A DNA stretch of 36,063 nucleotides, from IMG/VR virus record IMGVR_UViG_3300045988_043817, positions 1 through 36,063 of that record; one strand, written 5' to 3'. A model generated the notes under the pieces. It worked only from the letters and a program-made list of their open reading frames with translations, did no database searches and was not told the origin of the DNA. Numbering within the stretch: the first letter of the stretch is position 1; the number at the start of each line of letters is the position of its first letter. This stretch comes from a virus. Below, one piece after another: positions 7,783 through 15,077 of this stretch. The position numbers and the translations under genes were made by a program.

Positions 7783-8370
7783 TTATTTGTCGAATTCTGC
7801 CGAGAATTCTACATGTATTTTAGATTTTGGGTTTTTATTCGATACGGTTATCGTTTGTTTCGGTTTTCCGATCCGAAAGAATAAAAACCGCTTTTGTTTT
7901 ACTGATCCGATCACGTCGATCGTGTCGGTACTGCTAGATTTTATAATCGTGGTGTCCGGTTTAGACTCAACTTGTATATCATTCCACCCGTCGAAGTAGT
8001 GCGCAAACCTGTTTTCCCCGTTCCCGTCCCGGTATTCTGTCTTAACCACGGTGTCCACCTTGGTAACTGTCTCGGCCCTTGTAGCGTTCTTAAGCTCCCG
8101 TATCTTTATCCCCGCCTCGCGTACCTTATTATATAGATCGGCGTTATATAGTTCTAGCTCGTCCTTCTCTAGCTTTAACTGCCTAGCCTGTTCCGCATAA
8201 TCACCCGCCGTAGTCTTGAACGCTACGGCCTCGGAGTTAAGCGCGGTGATGTTGTTTTCCTGCCTTTCTAGCTCTTTATGCTGCCTTTTTATTGTCTTGT
8301 ATGCTGTGAACAATAAAATAGCAAGAAGGACAAGCAAACACAATAAAATCTTAGCTAATGTTATCTTCAT
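7783..8370 (-). CDS. Spanin-like lysis accessory protein (N-terminal TM plus coiled coil, 195 aa)
   Basis: N-terminal hydrophobic segment ILLCLLVLLAILLF, a long heptad-like region, and an ATGA overlap with the endolysin stop. Confidence 0.45.
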   Translation of the reverse strand: MKITLAKILLCLLVLLAILLFTAYKTIKRQHKELERQENNITALNSEAVAFKTTAGDYAEQARQLKLEKDELELYNADLYNKVREAGIKIRELKNATRAETVTKVDTVVKTEYRDGNGENRFAHYFDGWNDIQVESKPDTTIIKSSSTDTIDVIGSVKQKRFLFFRIGKPKQTITVSNKNPKSKIHVEFSAEFDK

Positions 8371-8765
8371 AAGTGTAAGATTTGGCGTTTCACGTTGTTC
8401 TTATCATATGAGATATGCACCCAGGAGAAATTCTTTTCGTCGATGAGCTGGCAAAACGGCAAATTCAGTTTTTGCGCCGTCTCGAAGAGTTTCCTATTCT
8501 CCTGTTTGCTACCCCCCGTAATGTCCGCCGCCTGCCCCTTCATGTGCTGTGACGTTTTAGAACCTTTCACCGCCGCGTTTAGGGCGGGCGATCTGTATCC
8601 GCTTGTAACAATGATCGGTTTGCCATAGGCGTTCCGTAGCGGGTCTAGTACGTTATTGATTAGCTGTTTCAGATTCTCCAATACTTCCGGCGTCGGGTCG
8701 TTGTTGATCTTCTTCGCCTTCGCCGTCGTTGACGCGGTTAGTTCTTGAATTGTGAAGTTTACCAT
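8367..8765 (-). CDS. Endolysin, zinc peptidase M15 (LAS) family
   Basis: SGYRS, SQHMKGQAAD (HxxxxxxD) and WVHIS histidine motifs. Confidence 0.85.
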   Translation of the reverse strand: MVNFTIQELTASTTAKAKKINNDPTPEVLENLKQLINNVLDPLRNAYGKPIIVTSGYRSPALNAAVKGSKTSQHMKGQAADITGGSKQENRKLFETAQKLNLPFCQLIDEKNFSWVHISYDKNNVKRQILHL

Positions 8766-9183
8766 TTTTCAAGCGTTTTATGAAGTCTAAATACTTCGTA
8801 TTAATAATTATATCCAGTACCGTAATAAACTCGTTATCCGGCTGGATCTGCTTAAAATTACGGATAATGTTTTTCGAGTACACAAGCGCGAAGAGCGTTG
8901 TCAACAACCGCAATAAGTCCGTATAATTCCCGTGCGGTTCGATAAGGCGCGCGCCTGCCGCCGTAAATACTATAACTATGGCGGCTATCGCGTACTCAAA
9001 AAACGCGTGAAACGCCTTTTTGTGGCTGTACTTTTCTCCTGCCCTTAAACCTGCAATAAGTCCTACTATAAAGTTCAACGTGCCGAATAACACTATAAGG
9101 ACGAAGAACGTCATTATATCATTGGTAACTGTTAGTAGGAACGCGATTGACGCCACGCGTGCCGTATCAAAAACTCCATCCAT
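8653..9183 (-). CDS. Holin-like membrane protein with about 4 TM segments (176 aa)
   Basis: Four hydrophobic segments and a charged C-terminal tail. The start at 9183 gives a TAATG junction with the upstream gene; ATG 9225 is also possible. The 3' end overlaps the endolysin by 113 nt in another frame. Confidence 0.5.
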   Translation of the reverse strand: MDGVFDTARVASIAFLLTVTNDIMTFFVLIVLFGTLNFIVGLIAGLRAGEKYSHKKAFHAFFEYAIAAIVIVFTAAGARLIEPHGNYTDLLRLLTTLFALVYSKNIIRNFKQIQPDNEFITVLDIIINTKYLDFIKRLKNGKLHNSRTNRVNDGEGEEDQQRPDAGSIGESETANQ

Positions 9184-9620
9184 TACTTTATTAAACATAT
9201 CCGTGATTGTACCCTGTGTGAACATTCCTCTTTGATCATCCCGGCGGTTTTAAACGCCTTGATCAACGGGACTATAAATAAATCAGCTTTTCCGCGTTCC
9301 GCTTCAAACCGCCTTGCTTTGTTGTCATCCGCTAAAACGTAGCTGCCCCCATAGTTTTGTATTTTTAGGCCGCTCGCCGTGCTCTGCTGCTCGCTTGTCT
9401 GCAAGTAGCGCGCAAAGGCATAATAGCACAATACTTTATTAGCGCCGGTGCGCGCCGGGGTATCACCTAAGTATTCCGGCGGTATCTCTTCATACGATCG
9501 GTGAAGTTGCGGCGACATATCAAGCATATCGGCTTCATAAAAAGCTTTTTCAATGTCGCTATCTTTAACGTCCTTCGCGATCGTGAATAAATCTCGTAAT
9601 AGTTGAATCGGGTATGCCAT
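9183..9620 (-). CDS. Hypothetical virion-associated protein (145 aa)
   Basis: ATG ORF tightly packed between the putative portal and holin genes. Confidence 0.6.
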   Translation of the reverse strand: MAYPIQLLRDLFTIAKDVKDSDIEKAFYEADMLDMSPQLHRSYEEIPPEYLGDTPARTGANKVLCYYAFARYLQTSEQQSTASGLKIQNYGGSYVLADDNKARRFEAERGKADLFIVPLIKAFKTAGMIKEECSHRVQSRICLIK

Positions 9621-9621
9621 A

Positions 9622-10782
9622 TCAATCTGTTATTACCTGGTCGGCGGGTGTAGCCGGAACAATATCCGCATCGCCTTCCAAATCGTTTTTAATCTTAGTT
9701 AGCTCCGGGTCTATGTCGAATATGTAGGCTAGATCGCGGGAAATTTTATCACGGACACGCGCCAATGAACGGCGGTAAACGCGTTGCATCTCCTTAACCA
9801 CTTCGCCCGACGCGTTCGAAAAGCTGATAAGCGAAGAATCGATAAGCGGGATCGGAATTGTAAAACAAGAAATTGCAATGTCTTTCCGCAATGGTTCACA
9901 ATATGATTTGTAAAGATCAGAATCAATAGGCGTACCAATTTGATCCACCCGGATAAAGGGCTTCTCCGTAATACCTACATTCTCATCGCGTACTGTAAGA
10001 ACCGCGCCAGTTCCTTCTACCCCCATCATTTCGGTAATTGCGTCCCGGAACTCGTTTTGTTCTTGATCGCTTTGAAACATTCCATGCGATACAACACTGC
10101 AAGCGTGGAAACCACGTGCTAGCACATTTTCAACATACAAGGCGTTCCCGTGTTCCGCCCCCATTTCGGGCTGTACTGCATGAAACGGACTGATCGGATA
10201 GGGCCGACGGTTTGAGAAGTTAGCGTAATATAATTGCCCCGGATGGTTTTCAATACCTCCGTACTCTTCACACTCTTTCCAAAAGTTTTTAGGGTTGAAG
10301 TTAGGATAAACTACGCCCGTTTTAACGTTCGTGTCCTTAAGCGTCTCACGCTCCCAGTTATCGAATACGCGCCATTTCCGCACGATTGAATCGCGTTTGT
10401 AGTCCTCGTTAAGAACGGCACGAACGTAACCGAACGGCACGGGATAACAGTACAAAGGGCGACCATCGCCGCCGTATTGTACTATTAACGCGTAACCTCT
10501 ATATCTCGGTATCTCGTCCGCTACGAACTCTAAAACATCGTTCATGTCCTGTCCGTGCTCGTTGGTTCTCGCTGCAAATTCTTCGTTAACGAACCCTTCG
10601 CAAATGATGTTTTCCTTCGCCTTGTCGCAACACGCCGTAGCGGTCTTACTAGCGTCGATAAGATTTGCGATACGTTGCGGGTATAGATTATCTACATCAT
10701 AGCTAACCACCCCTTCAGAAGTACGGGGCACTAAATTCAGCGCCCTGCGTACTATTAACTCTATTTTCTTTGCTGCGATCAT
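9622..10782 (-). CDS. Putative portal protein (386 aa)
   Basis: Size and composition fit small HK97-type portals and it lies in the head module. No diagnostic motif could be verified by eye. Confidence 0.4.
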   Translation of the reverse strand: MIAAKKIELIVRRALNLVPRTSEGVVSYDVDNLYPQRIANLIDASKTATACCDKAKENIICEGFVNEEFAARTNEHGQDMNDVLEFVADEIPRYRGYALIVQYGGDGRPLYCYPVPFGYVRAVLNEDYKRDSIVRKWRVFDNWERETLKDTNVKTGVVYPNFNPKNFWKECEEYGGIENHPGQLYYANFSNRRPYPISPFHAVQPEMGAEHGNALYVENVLARGFHACSVVSHGMFQSDQEQNEFRDAITEMMGVEGTGAVLTVRDENVGITEKPFIRVDQIGTPIDSDLYKSYCEPLRKDIAISCFTIPIPLIDSSLISFSNASGEVVKEMQRVYRRSLARVRDKISRDLAYIFDIDPELTKIKNDLEGDADIVPATPADQVITD

Positions 10783-10801
10783 TGATTTACCTTTTTAAAT
10801 A

Positions 10802-11347
10802 TTACTCTTCGAACTCCTTAAGACCCTCCGCGGCTTCGGCTTCCGCTGCTGCCTTGTTTGCTGCACGTGTGGCTGCTGCCTTTTTAGCCGCTTCACTGCG
10901 TTTAGCTGCTGCGATCTCTTCTTCTGTCAGCTCCGGTTCTTCTGTCAGCTCCGGTTCTTCTGCCGGGGCTTCCGGTTCACCTTCTACGGGCGCTTCCGGT
11001 TCCGTTTCTGGTTCCGGATCACCTTCTACAGGTGCTTCCGGTTCTGGTTCTGGTTCCGGTTCTGCTTGCAAGTCTATAAAATAGTCCTTGTAATTCTCGT
11101 TCGATTCCATGAACTCCACGGCCTTCTCGTCGCTTGTGTTAAATGCGCGGTACACTCTTCCGTCTTCAATCGAGTTGATGAACAACCCCGGCTTCATAAC
11201 GTAGCGGGTGTGCTGTCCTGTCAAGTAACGTTCATCATACCAGCGTTGCGCAAACAGGCGATCCGCCCCGCATGTAATATCCAATTTTAGGTTAGTCATT
11301 GTTTGACACAATGAAACTATTTGCCCTATATCTGTAATTTTTTCCAT
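10802..11347 (-). CDS. Hypothetical structural protein with acidic PE-rich repeats and Ala/Lys-rich C-terminus (181 aa)
   Basis: EPEPEPEPEAPVEGDPEPETEPEAPVEGEPEAPAEEPELTEEPELTEEE is encoded by nested tandem repeats at 10919-11065. Confidence 0.65.
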   Translation of the reverse strand: MEKITDIGQIVSLCQTMTNLKLDITCGADRLFAQRWYDERYLTGQHTRYVMKPGLFINSIEDGRVYRAFNTSDEKAVEFMESNENYKDYFIDLQAEPEPEPEPEAPVEGDPEPETEPEAPVEGEPEAPAEEPELTEEPELTEEEIAAAKRSEAAKKAAATRAANKAAAEAEAAEGLKEFEE

Positions 11348-11368
11348 CTTTTAAGCTGTTTTAATTTA

Positions 11369-11908
11369 TTAAACTTTAGGTATCTTTAGACCGTCGTACG
11401 CCTCTTTGGAGATAGTTACCAGTCTGTCACCTGTTGACGCTTCTGGCGTTTTAAGTGTCACCGTTGTAATACCCCCCGAGCTAGAATCGGTCGCAAGGTC
11501 CGAAGCTTCTAAACCGCAAAACGCGCCTGCCAAATAGTAATTTCCGTATTTGGATTTTAGAGCTACCCGGAAATTTCCGCCTAACATACTTGATACTGCT
11601 GTCCGGTATGCGGTTTTATCCATAGATGACAACATCTTAATCACTACGCTCTGATCTTCCGCTGCGGGTACGGTATCATTTGTTTTAATTGCATCCTGAT
11701 ACATCACAGAGTTGTTTACGGAGGTAACTACGTATCCTTTTTTCCCTGTTAACATAGTTATAGTACCGACCCCTCCAGTTTCTGATATGGTTGATATATC
11801 ACTCGAGTTAATGATAATAGCCTCGTCTATCTCCCCCGTACCTCCCAGAAAACCTAAATCTGTGCAATCATACGTAATATCCCTACTTAATTTTTTTAAA
11901 CATGCCAT
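11369..11908 (-). CDS. Structural paralog 3 of 3 (179 aa), possible tail tube or decoration protein
   Basis: Shares the MAC(L/I)KxL...YDC N-terminus and the GG(F/I)TT(I/V)T(L/I)KTP C-terminal block with the two upstream genes. Confidence 0.65.
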   Translation of the reverse strand: MACLKKLSRDITYDCTDLGFLGGTGEIDEAIIINSSDISTISETGGVGTITMLTGKKGYVVTSVNNSVMYQDAIKTNDTVPAAEDQSVVIKMLSSMDKTAYRTAVSSMLGGNFRVALKSKYGNYYLAGAFCGLEASDLATDSSSGGITTVTLKTPEASTGDRLVTISKEAYDGLKIPKV

Positions 11909-11921
11909 ATAATATCCTCCC

Positions 11922-12455
11922 TTATGATTCTGTTACGATCGCCGCGGCTCTCAAAGTGTTATAACTAGCATCGGCAAAGCTTACGCGCTTCTCGCCGATA
12001 ACATTTTCTGATGTCGATAGCGTGATGGTAGTAAAACCGCCGTTTGCGTTCAAGTCCTCCGAAATAGCGGTAGCGTTCAAACCGTAATTATACCCGTAAA
12101 CGCGGTGTCTCCCGGATTTAGCCTTAACCAGTGCTAAAAATGTACCGTTTAAAATCTGATTTACTATATGTGTTCCGTTCGTGTTACCTTGATAAAGAGT
12201 GAACGTAACTGCTTGCGTTAACGCTGTTGGCGCGTTATCGTTAGTCTTTATTTCCTCCGTAGCGTTCACACCCTTCTTGTTACTCTCAACCAACACGGCT
12301 TTAGCTCCTGATGCTAGCGCTATAGTGGCAATACCATCTGCTATGCTCTTCGTAGTAATATCCGCAAAATTGATAAGAAGCATTTCGGCTACGCCTGTTG
12401 CCCCTCCGTCGCAATCAACTAAGATCGCTTTAGTTAGTTTATTTAAACATCCCAT
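11922..12455 (-). CDS. Structural paralog 2 of 3 (177 aa)
   Basis: MGCLNKLTKAILVDC... and GGFTTITLSTS blocks. ATG 12455 lies 2 nt after the upstream stop; the track start at 12479 is TTG. Confidence 0.65.
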   Translation of the reverse strand: MGCLNKLTKAILVDCDGGATGVAEMLLINFADITTKSIADGIATIALASGAKAVLVESNKKGVNATEEIKTNDNAPTALTQAVTFTLYQGNTNGTHIVNQILNGTFLALVKAKSGRHRVYGYNYGLNATAISEDLNANGGFTTITLSTSENVIGEKRVSFADASYNTLRAAAIVTES

Positions 12456-12456
12456 A

Positions 12457-12993
12457 TTATACAAGTTTTGCGGAGGCAATAGTGTTCCATGCCGCCGGAT
12501 CTATTGTTACTCTATTTTCTCCTCTAGCATCGTCCGGCGTCTTAATAGTGATCGTAGTAAAACCGCCCGCCGCGTTAGAATCCGTATCAGCTTGTGAAAT
12601 TTCAAGCCCACATTTTAATCCTGCCATAATCGGCCATGAATTGATATCGTTCAACTTAATAGCCGCCATGAAACGCCCCGATAGAAGCGCCGCCATTATA
12701 TGATTAGCCCTTATCACTGTCTTATCGTATAATGTGAACATAACCGACTGATCTAAACCTGCTGAAACGTCCGAAAGCTTTAGGGCTTCCGTATACTTCG
12801 CGCCATTCTTGTAACACTCTACGGGAATGGTTTTTGCTCCCGATTTCAACGTAATGGCCGTATTACGGTTATTACTGTCTACCGCTGCCGACGTTACGTC
12901 TTCGAAGTTAATCAGATACATTTCAGCGATACCTACGCTGCCGGCTTGGCAGTCGTAGGTAATTGCTTTATTTAATGTCTTTATACAAGCCAT
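12457..12993 (-). CDS. Structural paralog 1 of 3 (178 aa)
   Basis: MACIKTLNKAITYDC... and GGFTTITIKTP blocks, immediately downstream of the capsid gene. Confidence 0.65.
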   Translation of the reverse strand: MACIKTLNKAITYDCQAGSVGIAEMYLINFEDVTSAAVDSNNRNTAITLKSGAKTIPVECYKNGAKYTEALKLSDVSAGLDQSVMFTLYDKTVIRANHIMAALLSGRFMAAIKLNDINSWPIMAGLKCGLEISQADTDSNAAGGFTTITIKTPDDARGENRVTIDPAAWNTIASAKLV

Positions 12994-13012
12994 TTAAACT
13001 TTGTTTTAATTA

Positions 13013-13969
13013 TTAAACACCTGCTGCGGTGCACAATTTCAAGTATTGAGGAACTGCCAGCATTGCATCAGCCGCAAATACAGTTGTACTGTAATATTTA
13101 CGATCCTTAGCATCACGGATGAACGGATCAATAGTCAGACTTGCATCTTCCAGCGCCAACTGAATGTTAGTTTTTGGTGAGAAAGCGATGAATGACCGAA
13201 CGGTCAAAGCGTCGCCCTTAGCACTGTTAGACACGTGGCGCAACTCGTTCAACTTGTAACCCTCAAAGTAGTACGCGGGCTTTCCGTCCTCGAAATTAGC
13301 CTGTGCCAAATGATTGTCTTTAGCTTCAACTAAGTCCTTGTAAGCGCGCATAACGTTGCTAGTTACATAGAACTCTGAATCGTCCAGTTGATCCGGGCGT
13401 TGGTTGTCAATACACCACTTCAAACACTCCAAAACGTTTGCGCCAGCTCCGGAAGGAACAAGAGCCTTAATAGTTTCGGTTGAAGCCTGCATCTGCTTGA
13501 TAATACCACCGTTTTTGAAAACTGTGTATTCGCCTGCGGTATCAGTTGTTTTCAGACCGTCCAACCATACGAGACGCAACATATCAGCCTCAAGAACTTT
13601 CAGAATTTCGTTCTGCATGAAAGCCGCCAACTGTGTTTGGTCGAAATCAGCCGAAAGGTGAACACCTTTTGCAACCATTTTGCCCCAAAGGTCTTGCAGA
13701 CAAACCACGATAGGCAACTCGATCTGCGCGTGATCGTAGTATTTCACTTTGTCCTGCAAAGAACTGTACTTATACTCGCTGTCGCAACCCGCGGAACGTC
13801 TAACCGCTTTGTCTGTTGCTGTGAAAGTCAAGATAGGTTTGCCCTTCTCAATACCCGCCAACACTGTTACGCCGTTGGACAATTCGCCTTCCAGTCCCAG
13901 TGTCAAGGAAATAACATCGGCCAGGCTGTCGATATTCAATTTGTTTAAATCGCTAAAAGTAAATGCCAT
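13013..13969 (-). CDS. Putative major capsid protein (318 aa)
   Basis: Size and position directly after the protease/scaffold gene. No compositional bias. Confidence 0.55.
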   Translation of the reverse strand: MAFTFSDLNKLNIDSLADVISLTLGLEGELSNGVTVLAGIEKGKPILTFTATDKAVRRSAGCDSEYKYSSLQDKVKYYDHAQIELPIVVCLQDLWGKMVAKGVHLSADFDQTQLAAFMQNEILKVLEADMLRLVWLDGLKTTDTAGEYTVFKNGGIIKQMQASTETIKALVPSGAGANVLECLKWCIDNQRPDQLDDSEFYVTSNVMRAYKDLVEAKDNHLAQANFEDGKPAYYFEGYKLNELRHVSNSAKGDALTVRSFIAFSPKTNIQLALEDASLTIDPFIRDAKDRKYYSTTVFAADAMLAVPQYLKLCTAAGV

Positions 13970-13989
13970 AATTTTAATATTTTATTGGT

Positions 13990-15009
13990 TTAGTAATTGA
14001 ATTTTTTGCGCATCGCTGCTGCTGCTGCCTGAACTGCTTCACGGCTCAACTTGCTTTCGCCTTTCTGCTCGGTCTTTACCTCGGTCTTAGATGCCGCGGG
14101 TGTTCCGGTACGTTTGCTTAGTTGAGTTTTGAGACTTGAAACGGTTGCCTTTAGTTCGGTAACTTCTTTGCGGATCGCTGCCAGTTCTTCCGGTGTAGCG
14201 GTTTTCTTCTTGTCCTCCGGCTTTTCTTCTGTCTCTTCTGCAAATTCTTCCTGCCCACGATCTTCGCGGTCGGTTTCGTCCTCTACCTCTTTCACGTTGG
14301 AAATCTTTCCGGCAATGACTGATATAATCATGTCTTCACCTTCTCCAATCGAAATGTAGTAGTCGCCATCTTCTACCGGGTTGCCCTCGGCGTCCTGTAC
14401 TTCGTCACCTAAAGCCGCTTGGTCGCCTTGTGCGATGATAACAAGCTCTTTCCCCTCTTTGGTTGTGACGGTCTCTCTAGCTAGCTTAGTAGTCTTTACT
14501 AGCTTTGCCAAATTCGTCCAAAATTTACTCATTGATAAATTGTTTAAATTGTTATTAAATAAAGAACTAGTTGCCGCGGGAAGTCCCACCAAATCGGCAC
14601 TAAATAATTCGCTAACCTCTGTTACGGTTGCTATTCCGGTCTCGTCGTCCAGTTTTTTAACGTCTGACTGATTAACCGATACGCCTAGTAGTTCCGGCTC
14701 TTTCTCGATCATGGCAACCATAAAATTAAACTCGCTAGGGTACGCCGTTTCCAGTGCTTCCGACATAATCAGATCGGCGTAAACGGCTGTCTCGTCGTGT
14801 TGGAAGTTGGTAAAATAGCCTACGTAACCGTCTAGCAAGTCAGCCCCGTTGTGTGTTCGGCGCGCATGGATCGGGCGGGAATTGCCAACCGCCACGAGTG
14901 ACGGGAAAGCACTTGCAGAGATGACTAATTTATAAGTCTTGCCCCCCTCTTCATAGCTGTTGGCGGTTTCGCCCGCCTCTATAATACGTAATTTTTCAAA
15001 CTTTTTCAT
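13990..15009 (-). CDS. Putative prohead protease / scaffolding fusion (339 aa)
   Basis: The N-terminal region resembles the S78/HK97 protease pattern (HARRTH...GYVGYF...LLGVSVNQ). The C-terminus is acidic with a coiled coil (EELAAIRKEVTELKATVSSLKTQL). Confidence 0.45.
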   Translation of the reverse strand: MKKFEKLRIIEAGETANSYEEGGKTYKLVISASAFPSLVAVGNSRPIHARRTHNGADLLDGYVGYFTNFQHDETAVYADLIMSEALETAYPSEFNFMVAMIEKEPELLGVSVNQSDVKKLDDETGIATVTEVSELFSADLVGLPAATSSLFNNNLNNLSMSKFWTNLAKLVKTTKLARETVTTKEGKELVIIAQGDQAALGDEVQDAEGNPVEDGDYYISIGEGEDMIISVIAGKISNVKEVEDETDREDRGQEEFAEETEEKPEDKKKTATPEELAAIRKEVTELKATVSSLKTQLSKRTGTPAASKTEVKTEQKGESKLSREAVQAAAAAMRKKFNY

Positions 15010-15030
15010 TCTATTACTTTATTATCGTCA

Positions 15031-15068
15031 CAAAGATATATTATTTAACGGCACGAAGCCGCGGCTTC
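15031..15068 (-). promoter_or_regulatory. GC hairpin (15055-15068, palindrome GAAGCCGCGGCTTC) followed by a -7 box TATCTTTG (15038-15031) ahead of the head genes
   Basis: Perfect 14-nt palindrome after the tape-measure stop. TAnnTTTG lies 22 nt upstream of ATG 15009. Confidence 0.35.
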
Positions 15069-15077
15069 ACCTACGAT

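Noticed and set aside
7697-7999. Plus-strand 100-aa ORF starting at the edge of module A
   Set aside because: The ATG is not conserved in module copy B (ACATGC vs ACATCA). The ORF runs antisense into the spanin-like gene, and its composition looks non-coding.
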